This document shows, piece by piece, positions 23,166 to 37,300 of a stretch of 64,000 bases of DNA (positions within the stretch are counted from its first letter, which is position 1; every line of letters begins with the position of its first letter). The notes beneath the pieces were generated by a model. That model saw only the letters and a list, made by a program, of their open reading frames with translations, was not told where the DNA came from and ran no database searches. Source of the stretch: Gavia stellata (Eukaryota). A program made the position numbers and the translations under genes. The stretch is from the NCBI RefSeq assembly GCF_030936135.1, contig NC_082594.1:19586879-19650878 (forward strand), in the 5' to 3' direction.

Positions 23166-25039
23166 GTTTTACAGGACATGGGAATAAAATTTGGGTTCAT
23201 GATTGAGGGATGGATTTTGCAGCCATCTTTCTCTTTTAGTTGGCGATACAAATTCAAAATCCCTACTAAAGATGCATAAAAGGCATAAGAAAAGATGTTT
23301 AAAGCTGGGTTTTTTTGTCTGATTTTCATTATGTTTTTTATCCAGTTGCTGAGAAAAAGGTTTTGGTGGACAAAAGATGATGAGAAAGTAGCTACAATAA
23401 ACAAGTCTTTAGGCACTGTGGAGAAATACCTTTGAAGTACTTGCTCAGTTTCTTCTTGCTGCTCTCTGTCAGCAAGGCTAAGCAGCTGCAGTTATGATAA
23501 GCTGCAATGGCAATAAATGGTTCTGAAGGCTTGGATTAATTATCTTTCACTGCTATATCGTCAGTGCTTGTGTTCCTGGCTTCTTTCACAGATAGTGAAG
23601 GTTGGTGGGTGATGCATCTAACTGTTATTACCAGTCCCCTGTGCTTTCTGCACCTGTTTTTCAAAAATGGCATGTGTTTTCATCAGTCTGGGTGGAAGAA
23701 ACTGTTTCAATATATGGATGAGACAAATAGCACAGAGTGCAGCTGCCATCTCAGCCAGCTAGGATTGCTCAAAGTGCCTGAGGGCTGTCCCAGAATGTTC
23801 TGCATGTCTGTACCTGCTACAGTTCTGTTCTCACCCTTTGCCTTCCCATACGGTACTGGAAGACAGCCAGTGTGAATTCATTTTCCTTTCGGTCAGTCTT
23901 CCGGAGCGGTGGCAGTCTGGTAGCACGGGAGCTGAGACAGCATTGCTATAGGAATGCATTGCATCATGCAGATCTTTAGTTTTGCTGTAATGTGGAGCCA
24001 TAAGGGAGTCTTACCTGTCAAGAATGTAAGAGAACTATAACAACAGCTGCATTTTTCTAAGCTGGTGCAGCATGGGCATGTGCTGCAAGCACAGCACTGA
24101 ATCCTGACACTTTAAAATTCCTCAGCTTTTCTGTGTCCCACATAAATGGGGAAAATTGCAGATTCTGAACCTGTCTTAAAACGTTTGAGTGAAAGGCAAA
24201 GAAAGACAAGGGTTAGGAAAAAAATACTAAAGCAGACAAATGACAGTACAAATTTGAGCAGGACTGAGGCAGCAGTAAAAATTAAAAAAGGGTCTCTCTG
24301 AGATTTTATTTTTTTAATCACCTCCAGTATAACAGCCAGGAGGAAGGGAGCAGGGAGAAGATGGTTCTTTTTGATTTCAGGTCAACTTTCTCTACAGCAG
24401 AGTCTCAACTGTTGTGCAGGATAGCTACAAATGAATTTTTTCAAGGATTTCTGTAATATTTCCCACATGATCTGAATTCTAAGGAACGCCTCTGTGGTTA
24501 GTTACTGTTGGCATGGACTCATTTATAACAGATGGGTCAGACCTTAACATGGCCTAGCTCCTTTGGCGCATGGCACTCTCAAAATGATGGTGGACACAAC
24601 TCTGGCTTTTTCCCATGTGTATGGGAACTGAAGACATTGTCACCATACCCAGGGAGACCAGTGCCTGCTCCAAAACTGTCACCCATGTGACATCTTGATC
24701 CTGTATCACAAACCCTCATTTTCTGACAAGAGGTCTTGTTCCCTGGAGCTGTTACTTGTACAGACTTTCAAGAGCCCTGTGGAGAGAATATGAATTTGGG
24801 GTAGAGCCCAGTTAGGCCTGTTAAGAGCAGTTGCACTTCTTACACTGAACACAATCGTCCCTATAACGGGGGAAAAGCTGCTATCCCTGCCACAAACAGT
24901 AACAGCCAGAGCCCCACCCTGCAAAGGCTGTGCTTACATGCTTGCTTGCCTTTTAAAGAAAAAAAAAAGCTTTACCCAAGCTGGTTGTGACATCATGTCT
25001 GGAAAAGTTTGCATGGGAGATGTGCAAGCATTTGAAATT

Positions 25040-25840
25040 TCCTTTCCTTTCCTGGATCCTAACCTTATGAAATTCCACAAAGGCAAGTGTAGGGCACTGC
25101 ACCTGGGGAGGAATAACCCCACACATCAGCACAGGTTAGGGGCTGAGCTGCTGGAGAGCAGCTCTGTGGAAAGGGACCTGGGGGTCCTGGTGGACAACAG
25201 GGTGACCATGAGCCACCAGTGTGCCCTTGGGGCCAAGAAGGCCAATGGCATCCTGGGGTGCATCCAGAAGAGTGTGGCAAGCAGGTCGAGGGAGGTTATC
25301 CTCCCCCTCTACTCTGCCCTGGGGAGGCCACATCTGGAGTGCTGTGTCCCGTTCTGGGCTCCCCGCTTCAAGGACAGGAACTGCTGGAGAGGGTACAGCA
25401 AAGGGCTACGAAGTTGATTAGGGGACTGGAACATCTTTCTTATGAGGAAAGGCTGCAGGACTTAGGTCTTTTTAGTCTGGAGAAGACTGAGGGGGGATCT
25501 TATCAATGCTTCTAAATACTTCAGGGGTAGCTGCCAGGAGGATGGGGCCAGTCTTTTTTCAGTGGTGCCCAGTGACAGGACAAGAGGTAACGGGCACAAA
25601 CTCGGTCACAGGAAGTTCCATCTAAATATGAAGAGGAACTTCTTTACATTGAGGGTGGCAGAGCACTGGAACAAGCTGCCCAGAGGTTGTGGAGTCTCCT
25701 TCTCTGGAGATATTCAAAACTCACCTGGACACATTCCTGTGCAGTCTACTCTAGGTGAACCTGCTCTGGCAGGGGGGTTGGACCAGATGATCTCCAGAGG
25801 TCCCTTCCAACCCCTATAATTCTGCGATTCTGTAATCTGT
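25040..25840 (+). mobile_element. CR1 LINE 3' fragment (ORF2 C-terminal region + 3'UTR), intergenic
   Basis: Plus ORFs give [16 protein letters not shown]..., ...[34 protein letters not shown]... and [41 protein letters not shown]. It ends ggaccagatgatctccagaggtcccttccaacccctataattctgcgattctgtaatctg (3' octamers). Several frameshifts are present. Confidence 0.88.
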
Positions 25841-26189
25841 CCACTCTGTCTTAATATTCAACAGTTCGTATTTCTGTAAACAGTAGGATGAAGATCCCTA
25901 AACCACAAGTGAACACTGCCCCACACAAACCCCCAGACTGGGTCCCCTACATTCACCCTTCCTGACACAGAGGATTACCAGGAACTCCCAGTGGTCCCAC
26001 AGAGTGGGGACACCAATTAAGTACAGCGAGACAGTACCGACTTGCACTACTTTTATTAGTGGTATGATCAACACTTACATACACTGAAAATTATACGACA
26101 CTTCCTCATTACTGTCGACCGCTAAGGTGAGCCCGGCTTCATCTTTTCTACCCCCTTCCATTACACAGCTGAAGTTAAGATGATTTCCT

Positions 26190-26560
26190 ACCCCCGACCT
26201 GTTTTCCAGGCTGAACAAACCCCATGGCTCCTATGCCCTAACCTCCTGATCATCTTGGTGGCCTCTGCTGGACTTGTTCCCACATACGTCTTGTCTTCAG
26301 GAGCCCAGAACTGGTTGCAGCGCTCCAGCTGCCATCTTGGAAGCGCAGAGAGGAGATTGCTTTCCTTGCCCCTGCTCAGCTGTGCTCTTCCCGTGGAGCC
26401 CAGGATGGGGTTGGACACCTTCATCTTCACTTGTCCCTCAGGACTTCCAGATCAGCCTCTGCAAAGCTGCTTCGCCACCACCCTGTGCCCAGGCTGCGCA
26501 ACTGCATCAAGTTACTCAGTACCCACTGTAGGACTTTGCATTCGCCTTTTTTGAACTCGA
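26190..26560 (-). mobile_element. Diverged CR1-like fragment (older subfamily), opposite orientation to the adjacent CR1
   Basis: Minus ORF 26188..26430 contains ..LLSALPRWQLERCNQFWAPEDK..MIRRLGH.., alignable to the CR1 ORF2 segment ..[37 protein letters not shown]. Nucleotide phrases parallel the antisense of the CR1 at 10740-11100. Confidence 0.45.
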
Positions 26561-29169
26561 GGTTCCCATCAGGCCCTCAATTCATGTTCCCTGCCTTGTT
26601 GATTTCAGGAAATAATAGAAAAAAAAAATCCTGTTAGTCATTGATTAATTTGAAATGGCTTTGTAACAGAGACAGAAACCCTGAAAAAAACCTGGTGATA
26701 TATTACAGTGCAATGTTAAAATGTCATCCCATCAAAATTCATTTTTCATTATTCATTTCACCCACATTTTTTGGTTTTCATCTTTTTATTGGGCTACTTA
26801 ACTGCACGGACAGTGAAATCTTACTGCAGCTTTAATCTCCCTGTTGCTTAAAACTTCCTTCCAGTCCTTTTCAGCTGTTGCTGGCTCATGCAATTTTCTC
26901 TACATAACTAATACCTCTGTGCTCTTCTAAACTCTACTGCAACTTAAACACAATCCACACTATTGTTTTTTCTTTAAATATAAACCCCACCACTTTCCTA
27001 TCTTTTGTCACATATTTTAGTGCTTGAAAAAATTTTCTTACTCATTTCATTTAACTCTAAAGGCTTTTTTTTAGTCCAAAACCAATCATTTAACCAAGGA
27101 GCATCCTTTTAATATATCATTTACACTGATTCCTGTTGTAGCATGTACAAACTTTAATCCTTTTATCAAACCGATTTCCCAGCACTAGTATTGGAGATCA
27201 AAAATCTGCTTCCATGCAGCCTAGATAAAAAGGGACTCAAAGCCCTCAGTTACACATCAAAGTTGGCCAACATCAGCTTACTATGAAATGCTCAACCTTG
27301 CTTAACACCAGGTACCACCTTCGCTGCCAGAGGCTGAAGAGCATAACATCACAAAAGCTGTAACTCGTCACCTTGTACAGGAAAAGGCATCTTGAACATC
27401 CCAAGTAGACATCGTATTCAGATGCTTCTGCTGTGTCTTTCCCCATCTGAGGTGCTGGTGGGGGACACACCACCTCCACATTGGTCCTCTTCCCATCACT
27501 TCAAATGGCCCTGCTCCCTCAGGCCTCACATGGCAGACCTGTCTACAAGCAGAAAGAATACAGCTTAAATGAGAGTGATGAATTCATCCCTCTTCACAGA
27601 TTTCATTACTATTTTATTGGATAACAGCATTATTCTTGTGCCCAAGAGCATAGAGAGCAACAAAGAAAAAAAGAACACCTGTTAAGCACAACAATAATAC
27701 AAAGAGACTGGTAACTGAACACAAAGTAAACAGATTATATCGCAAAAGTCACAACCACTGTTAGGTGCTCTAACAAGTGACAACATGATTATATTCTCAC
27801 CCCTGACGGTCCTTGTAATTCCAACTTGAACAGCAGCATTTTGCACATGATCATGGTATAGCAGAAAGCCATCTTCAGTTCTGAGGGTGTATAGCCACCA
27901 GAGGTTTTCATTAAAACCTAATGCAATGGAGAACACTTTAAGGAAATAAATATGATTCAGGCTGAGGAGTTACAGGAGATACTTAAGTGGTAAATTCCTT
28001 GAAAACGTGCTTTTGTAATCAAAGCACAGCAAACTACAAGACTCAAACAGCAAACTACAGAGCAATGCATTAGCAAATACAGTTGGATAAAGAGCTTGGA
28101 AATGCTAACACCTTCCCAGCTAGCCCTTCCAAGAGGTTGTCTGGAATTCCCTACCCCTGTTCAGGAAGCCCAGCAGCAGGCAGCCTGACAGAACATTTTG
28201 ACCTCACTACAAATTTAATTGGAGCCCAGTGCATCTTCTGGTATAACAGAACTGTATGCAAATTTATTTCAGCACTGAGCAAGGGAATGCAGTGACACAC
28301 CAAGGCCAGCTCTCGTCTCTACAGGAAGATCACACTGAGCAGGTGTAAACTTTATTATGTGACCGATTTGGATCGCTCTCCCAGTCTTCTGCAAGTTTTT
28401 TGCAGCTTGCTATTGCACACTGCCCCAAATACAATGCAGTCCACTCACATTTTTATCTAATCTTCTCCGAATTTTTAACGCAATTTCATTAGGCCATTAG
28501 GCTTTGTCAGTCAGGTTCACACTACAATCTGAAGTGCACACACACAAACAAGTAACAGGGGAAGAGAAACAAAGCATTTTATCACTCCACTGAGACAAGA
28601 AGTCATTATTTAGCCAGTCAAAGAAACACTTGTATCTCCAAGGAACCTTGGCCGTCTGCTCTTTCCTTCACAGGAAGGAAACTGTAAGTTGAGGACAGGA
28701 AAATTCTGAGATGCCTGGGAAACCTGCCAAACACCAAGGTTCCCAAATAGCTCTTTTGCACAGGGGCAGTCGATACGCAAGGACAAACAAGGTGGCCGAA
28801 TTCCCAATGGCTACATGGTCAAGACAGAATGTCAGCTGGGTAGAAAAATCTCTTTTGAGTCAAACATTGAAAAAATTAATCAAGTGCTTTTTATGTTACT
28901 ACTACTTTTCTGATAAAGTTTTAACTATATTGTCTTTTTCAGATTTTGTGAGTAAATGCTGATAGCTTGCTTATTTCCATAGCCTGGTGTATCTTACACA
29001 TTATTGCGTGATGATTTTTATATTACGATTTTATGGTGATTTTACTACAACTAGAAAGTAACAGGGAACTCCTTAGTAAAGGCCAAGGCAAAAACAGGAA
29101 ACAAGGTGCCTATTCGGTTTTCCCACCTCCTCAGACCCCTCCCGCCCTTCAATATCGAATATGTAACAG

Positions 29170-30705
29170 GGTCCAGGTTGGGGAACACTGAAACCAGACA
29201 CAGGTTACCTGCGCTGGGCCTGATGGGAGGCAACCACAAGCACTGAAGGAGCTGGCTGCTGGCCTTGGAAGGCCACTCTCTTATCACTGAAAGGGCACAG
29301 CAATTGGGAGACATGTGCGAGGACTACAGGAAAGCAAATGTCACTCCGATCTTCAAGAAGGGCAAGAAGGAGGACCCAGGGAACTACAAGCCCTGGGAAG
29401 GTGATGGACCAACTACTTCTGGAAACCATTTCCAGACCAAGAAGGACAAGAAAGTAACTGGCAGTAGTCGGCATGGATTTACAAAGGGGTCATCTGCAAA
29501 TCCTTAAGGATCCTAACCTGAGAGCCTGCTGTCATGAGGTGACCAGTTCAGTGAATATGGGGAGTGGATATTGCCTACCTTGACTTCAGGAAAGCTTTTG
29601 ACACTGTCTACCGTCATATCTTCATTGACAAGCAGATAAAGTATAGGCTCAGTAAGTGGACAATGAGGTAGACTGAAAACTGGCTGAACAGCTGGGCCCA
29701 GAAGGTTGTAATCAATGGCACGAAGTCCAGTCAGAGGCCAGTAAGTAGCAGAGTACCCCAGGAATCGGTACTGAGGCCAGTCCTTTTCAACATCTTCATT
29801 TATGACCTGGTTGATGGGACAGAGCACATCCTCAGTAACTTTGCAGGTGACACAAAGCTGAGAGGAGTGGCTGATACACCAGAAGGTCATGCTGCCATCC
29901 AGAGGGACCTTGACAGGCTGGAGAAATGGGCCCACAGGATCTCATGAAGTTCAACAGAGGGAAATGCCAAATCCTGCACCTGGGGAGGAATCATCCCAGG
30001 CACCAGGACAGGCTAGAGGCCAACTGGCTGGAAAGCAGCTTTGCAGGTAAGGACCTGGGGGTCCTGGAGAACACCAAGTCGAAGGAACCACCATGAGCAA
30101 AGAATGTGACCTGGCCACAAAGGCGGCCAATGGCATCCTGCACTGCATTACGAAGCAAGTTGCTGGCATACAGAGAGAGATTATCCTTCCCCTCTACTCA
30201 GTACTGGTGAGACATCCGGAGTGTTGTATCCTGTGTTGGGCTCCCTGGTACAAGAGACATGGACATACTGGATTGAGTTCAGTGAATGGAAGACAACTGA
30301 AGGACTGAAGCATCTTTCATGTTATAAAAGGCTGAAAGAGCTGGGAGTGTTCAGCCTTGAGAAGGCACGGCAAAATCTTATAAATATTCATAAACATCTA
30401 ATGAGACAGTATAAAGATGACAGAGTCTTCCCAGTGGTGCCCAGGGACAGGACCAGAGGCAATGGGCACAAACTGGAACACGGGAGGTTCCCCGTGAACA
30501 TCAGGAAACTTTTACTGTGAAGGTGACCAAGAACTGGTACAGGCTGCCCAGAGAGGTTGTGGAGTCTCCATTCCTTGGAGACCAAACCCAAATGGACATA
30601 GTCCAGGGCAACCTGCTCTACCTGACATCCTGCTTTGAGCAGGGTGTTGGATTATATGATGTCCACAGCACCCTTCCAACCTCAGATATTCTGGAATTCT
30701 GTGAA
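29170..30705 (+). mobile_element. CR1 LINE fragment spanning RT domain to 3'UTR (degraded), intergenic
   Basis: Plus ORF 29265..29507 gives ...EDYRKANVTPIFKKGKKEDPGNYKP... (CR1 RT N-terminal motif). Downstream frames carry the FADDT-equivalent region with stops, then ...KRLKELGVFSLEKARQ...[25 protein letters not shown]... and ...[15 protein letters not shown].... The 3' end is cccttccaacctcagatattctggaattctgtg at about 30680-30705. Confidence 0.85.
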
Positions 30706-31307
30706 AAGCCTGACCCAATTTCAGCTGCAGAGGTGAGATGGGAGTTAGCACTGCAGGGCTCAGGAGAGAAATCATTTCCAGTAGCAAGGGTAACTGCCAG
30801 ACTGTCTGGCATGCAGCGCATTACTGGCATGACCTGAACACTAGGGAGGGGAGCAGGCCTCCAACTCTTCATCTGAAGTATGCACAGAGAAAATTTTTTC
30901 TTTGGAAAAATCCTTTATAAAGCAGTGCTACCTACGTGAAAGACGCGACAAGGCACAGCAGGTAGAGAGTAAAAGGTAGAAAAAAAGGAGACAGATCTTC
31001 TGTGGAGAGTGTAATAGAATTCTGCCTGTCTTGGGTAGACATTTTGAACTATTTCAGTCTTGGGAATCAAAGACCACATAGGCAACTTTTCAGTATTAGT
31101 TACAACTCACAGTACAGCTTGAGATGTATTACTGCAGAAAGGTTTCTTCTCCCATGTTGCGCTTTCCATGCTTTTTACAGAATGACAAAGGGCCCCCATC
31201 ATGTTTATACTTCCCATGCAACACTCTGAAGCTTTACTGCTTACTTCCCACACTTCATTTCCCAGCTGACTTGGAAATCAGTAAAAGGACCCCTCTAATT
31301 AGCATTA

Positions 31308-31392
31308 AATCATAGACTACTACTATAGATTCACAAAACGGTTTGGGTTAGAAGGTACCTCTGAAGATCATCTAGTCCAACCCCCCTGCCAT
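31308..31392 (-). mobile_element. Short CR1 3'-terminal fragment
   Basis: The plus strand reads tcatagactactactatagattcacaaaacggtttgggttagaaggtacctctgaagatcatctagtccaacc, the reverse complement of the CR1 3' end including the octamer tail. Confidence 0.7.
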
Positions 31393-34300
31393 GGGCAGGG
31401 ACATCTTTCACATGTCACTAATAAATAGCTCAATACATCTTATTCTTTATGTATCTAAGTTCTCTGTTTACTGTTAACACAACTATAGAGACAGCTCTGA
31501 GTACATTTACTATGCCAAACAAACACAGAGGAGAACTAACCCAAATTCTGCTTGCTTTATCAGTAGAACTTGCACATCTCAGTCAAATCCCATCAGTGTT
31601 TAAAATTATCTTTACTTTATAAAATCAACTGATATTTTGCAATTTTAGAACTATCAGAACTACCGAACCAAGCTGCATAAATCTCCTTTTAAAACCTTCG
31701 TATCTGTCAGTCCCACAGAGATGCTTCCAACACGCAGGGTAGGTGACACTAATACCTGTGTATACGCAAACTGAACTCTGCCCCAGGTTTTACAGAGTAT
31801 GTAGCCACAGCCTTCCAGACCAAAGCCTACTGGTTAATCCCAAGGACTCTTTGGAATCAGAAACTACAATGTTGATCATACAAATTAGATTCTGAGTGCA
31901 ATGTATCAATCACATCCAGTAGCTCAGACACGGCATCATATTAATGTGGCACTATGGTTTTTGGATGCAAGACACATTATGGCTAGCCAGTCTTTGAGCT
32001 GTCTGCATGAAGCTGTGTACATATACTTCAAGTCCTGTAAAAACATGTTAACATATGACAGGAATTATGCAAGGAAGTACGTTATCTGAAAGCAAATACT
32101 AGTTGAAGTGTAGAAACAGAATTACTCAACATCAAATCACAAATGTGAACAAAAGAGTGCTCCTAATTTCAGCAGTTGCTGAATAAAACCAAATATCCTA
32201 ATACATACCTCGTACTAAAACTTGGTTTAGGATTCCCTTTTGTATGTATAAGATAGCAGAAGGATTCTGCACAAGCCAGCCTTCATCTGCATTCTAAGAT
32301 TTTAATAGTAACCTAAAAAATAAAGAGACAGTAAACAACAGTGACACTTCAAACAAACTAGAAAATACAGTAGCTTCTCTTTTCAAATACTTCTAACATG
32401 GAGAAATAAACCATAATAAAACTTCACATTACCAGAAAAAGAAAATCCATTTATTCTCTATCCACTCTTACCACTTAGTTGTTCCTACACAGATTTCCCT
32501 GAAGATTTTAAATTTAATTTTACTACCTCAGGAGTTAAAAAACAGCTGTTCCAAGAACATTAACAAGTTCCTAGATTTTCATGCTTCTGCTTGGAGTAGA
32601 TTAAATGCAGTTCTGCTCCAAAGAGCCCCAAGTCATTTCTCTTTGGAGGGTTTTTAAAGCACACATATCGAACACCACACTGTCTTCTTCTAGGCCTGCC
32701 AATGCATGTGGCCAAAGCAACATTTCATCCTTCTCACATTATTGCCACTACAATAATTAGGATCCCTGCACACAACACAGTTACTAATGAAACTTGAGAA
32801 CTAATTTCTCTCACTGTAGTTGTACTGTGAGTATGGAAGCACAAATACAGTCTCCTCCCTGTTCTGCAGCCTGCTGTGGTACAGACATTTAACAGACACT
32901 TAAAAGGGGCAAAGCTATATATGAAAATAATACAACTGAACTGGAGTAAAATGTTGTCCTACTTTATAACAACATCTCAGAACAGAACTGCATACAAATC
33001 TCATTAAAATACATTTTAATACTAAAAGCAATAGAAACTGATGCAACAGTTTAAGACTTTTGTCATTTTAAAACTTCTGCAATAGATCTGCTTGCATTTG
33101 CAGTTAAATGCAGTTGGAATAACAAACAGGAATAAAATTATACTCTGACTTGCTATTAAATTTATTAATTCATAATTAAAATTATTAAAATTATATTCAA
33201 AAAGGCCTAAATAATAACTGAAAGCATTAATAAGGGTATTCATCCTGAACTCTATGTGTCTTCTTCCAGAGTCCACATGCAAAATAATTATCTGAAGTGT
33301 TTAAAATTCAACAGCTCCCTGCCCCAGTCATTCAGGCTTCAAAACAGCTCTCACCCATACGCACGCATTCCCACCCCCACCCTCCCAATTAAAATCACCT
33401 CTTCTCCACAAATACCTCTGATTTAAAATAACATGCAAGTACTGCAATGTTTGATAGGTTTAATATAATCCATCACTCAGGCTGGGAAAGCAGACATAGA
33501 AACATGCTGCAGAGCCAAGGAGCCCTAAAGAAAACTCTGTAGAGAGGAAGACTGCCTGGAAAGCCCCCGACTACAGCAGTGCGAGGGGATGAAGAGCTCT
33601 GTAAGCTCTCAGATAAAGACTTCTTAAAACAATTCACCAACATCTTGAGGTCCTGTTTGATGATCAGAAAACGTAGCACACCCTGCAAAGTATTTGTTAC
33701 AGAAAGAATTACTCTAGAAAGCCACACACAGGCTGCACCTTTCAGGCTAGCTTTGCTTCAGGAACAGCCCCAAAAAGCAATTCAGAAGTGACATATGTGC
33801 AAATTACAACACACAACCACAAACATTTACAATAAAGGTAACATTTACCTTATCAGATACAGCTGAAAAACAGCTGAGGCTAGCACCTCAGAATAAATAT
33901 GATTTCAAAGTTGGCACAATTTAATGTCCTATTAAAAGTCCTATTAAAAGTGCTGTTAATTCATCAGTTCTCCCATTTGCTTCCTTTTCATCTTTTCCCC
34001 CTCATGGTGCAGCTTGCCATGTATCAAATTTCAAAAGTTCTGTTATCTATTCCATAACACAGACATTCAGCAAGATGGATACCTTCTTCCTAAAGCAAAT
34101 ACTACAGAGCACAGCCCACTAACCCTTTAGAACTAGAGCTGTAATTTTGCAAGTGCTAGTATTAAAATCATTTAGCAGATCCAATACAATCACGGCATAG
34201 CGATGACTGTCAGCCTCCGGGACCAGGCTGGAATTGTTATCTGGCAAATACTAGTGTCCTGGGACATTACCTCCACATGGTGAAACTAATCCAGCTATTG

Positions 34301-37300
34301 GCATGTACCCATCTTAAAGGGAAGCTACAGTTACAAACTACCCACCTCTCAGTCTGTATTTTAATATTATTAAAAAACATAATAATTAGGCTTTTCTTCC
34401 TTTTTTCCCCTATGTACAAAGAACAAGGCTAAGATTTCCCTCCCAAAGGCCTAACACAGTCTCTCCAGTTCCTGTAACAGCCGCTGTGTATATTACCTTC
34501 TCTTTCTTGGCCACCCAGATTCACTGAAGAGAAAGCAGTAAGCCAGATTCTTGGCAACTAGTAGATACTAGGAACAAAATTGTAGCCAAATAAATCTGGT
34601 ATGTTTTTCAAGACAACCCCTAAAACCTGCCACTAAGACCATATGGTAATGTTACAAATTAATCATTTACCATAACTCGAATACTTACAAAGTGATTATA
34701 TAGTGTGGTTTGGGTTTTTTTTAAACAGTATGTATCTGTCTCTGAACTATTTCTTCAGGATTCTCTCTCTACAAGAAATTAAGATCATTCCAACCTCTCT
34801 ACCCTATATGAGATGTTTATGATTAACAGTAATTAGTTAGACCTGAAAGTATCCTAGCAGGTAGTGCTGAAAAAGGGATTTGTAAGAGTAAGCAGGAACA
34901 CAGCAAATAGTTACTGTCAAAGTAACAGACTCTGAATCATCTTCATTCATATGATAAAGCTTTTCTTTAAAGCTCAAAGTGGGTATGCTGCCAAGTAAAA
35001 TGAATCTGAAATATTCTAAAAGGCTAACAGCATGATAAACATGCCTATTCTGAAGAGAACAAATACATCACACACAGAGTGATACCATGTATATACTGTC
35101 CCATTATCAAGGAAAATTGAAAACCAGCCTCTCAGTATAACCCATTTCAAGTAACACATATTCAGCTTTTAACAGAGTACTCTCCACTACTGTCTTTCCA
35201 ATACAGAATTGCTATGCAAGACAAACTCCAAGCTGCCACCGCAGCACACCAAGCAGATACAGCCATGACAATCTGTAACACTGAAGGATGTTTTACATTT
35301 ACCTCGCACACTGGTGCTATGCAGCTTCACTGGCTTGACCAACAGAACAGGTTGCTGCTTTTTTTTTTTTTTTTAATTAACAGGATTTTTGGTGGCTACT
35401 GTAACAAAGAGCTTCCCCCCTTATTTCCCTCCATTTCCCCCTTTATTTTAGGTCTACTTTAAAAATTACCTAGCAATACAGAACAGCAGCATGGGTAAAT
35501 TCTGATTTCCACTGAAGTGGACCATACGACACTTTGCACCAGCAGGAATAGGTATCATTTTGAGAGTAGCAGAGCCACTATCCATCACACAGAAAGGAAG
35601 AACTCCAGTGCCGAGCTGTTCTCAGGAAAACACACAATCCCTTGTGGCCATTTATTTGGGGTTTCCAAAGGGAACCCAAGAGGATCCGCAGAGCTGCGTT
35701 CATGATTGCATTTGTTCAGGTTTACCTATCAAAAGGTAACAGATAACAACGTTGGCTGCTGACGTACTAACAGAAGATATAATGCATTTTTAAATGGTCA
35801 AGCAATCTTTTCCTCCCCATTCTTTTCTTAGCTGTTACTCAAGTCTGGCCAAACCTGCTCACCTTAATCATAAGTAGACCCTGCTGAGGACAAAAGCACA
35901 CATCTGCAACAGTAAAACCATCAGAGAGTGAATCAGTTGTCACCTGGGCATCATTGCACGGCTGCCAGTGATTACAGGAGACAAACTGCAACATAACCTT
36001 CCCCCATCATGTGTTCCCCAAATTCTCTCCTTAAGAGCATATACTTGCAGCCAGCTAGAAGCAAGTAAGTATTTCAGGGAAAAAGTGAACATTACTACAT
36101 TAAGGCTCAAAAGGAAAATTATGTTCCTAGAAACAAAAGGGCAAATACTACTTGAACTGAGCCAGCAAGATATTCAATTTCCTTGACAAGACTATTAAAA
36201 ACATTTTACATCTACTTCACAACTATAGGGTATCTGAAGTTAGCATCTTATACAGAATGAGGAATGTGAATGCAGCAATATTCCTTTTCTGGAATCAGAT
36301 TTCAAAAAAGAAAAAAACAGTGGCAGTTACTAGTGGCTACGTAATAAACCCATACCAGTGACAATACTACAATCAGGGTACATTTATTTTTGTTTTGCCT
36401 GGACTGCAAAACTTCATTCATACAGAAGTTAAACTATTTCTCCAGTATCTGGGGGATAACGAGCATGTCTGAAAATAAGTAAACAGAAAGGACAGAGATT
36501 TCACCTGTGCAGCTTAAGCAAGGTCTGAATTGGAAGACATTGAAATTTGTAAGTACTTTGTAAATTTAATAAAAAATGTTCCTTTGTGAGTCATTATGTT
36601 CCTAGACGTAAAACCATGCAGTTGATATAAAAGGAGAATGCATTTTTTTTTTTGTAGAAGATTCCCTACAATTTCAAAGAAGTTTGGATTTGATCAGCAG
36701 AAAGGAATGAAGTCTTTTAACTTCTTAACATCACTCAGGCTTCTATCGCACAGTATAATTAGTGTTATTTTTATATATATTTTATATATATACACAATAT
36801 ATTTTTGCAAAATTTTGTGAACTGTGAGGCTGTAGTCATACAAAGTCATTAAAATAATCCTGTATGAAACAGCAGCTCAATCCCGTATTTTTGAATGCAG
36901 CCCCCTCCCCTATATGGCTCATTAACATTTCCATGTCAAGTTGAGGAATCTGCAGCACCAGAATAGCTGGCTAATCAGTGATTTTCATAATTATCCATTC
37001 TATGAATGTTGTCATTAATGCAGCAAAAATGTCTTCAGATGTTCAGATTTCTACTTTCAAGGATTGTGTTCATTCTGAGCAGCTTGGAAAAACATCCAAG
37101 AAACAGTATCACTTTCTCCATTCAGAACTCACATGCCCTGTTACATGGATGCAAAGTTCCTATGCATTTTGTGATACTTTACCTTATCATGAACAGCTAA
37201 GAAGTACAAAACTGTTGAAGAAGCAAGGGAATAAACTTTAACCCTCATCATCTCTTTCACCTAGAAATAATGACGTATAGATGTGACTTCACCAATTAAC

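Noticed and set aside
26180-26554. 124-aa + ORF and an overlapping 85-aa + ORF
   Set aside because: They are plus-strand readings across a diverged CR1-like element whose recognisable ORF2 homology is on the minus strand. The composition is low-complexity P/L/S-rich.
29513-29935. 140-aa minus-strand ORF
   Set aside because: It is the antisense strand of the CR1 RT region (29170-30705 +). The sense frames show the CR1 RT motifs with stops, so this ORF is incidental.
36638-37241. Cluster of short + ORFs and a TA-rich tract (36770-36800) in the intergenic desert
   Set aside because: AT-rich sequence yields spurious ORFs. There are no splice-consistent structure, no conserved motifs, and the composition is typical of a gene desert.
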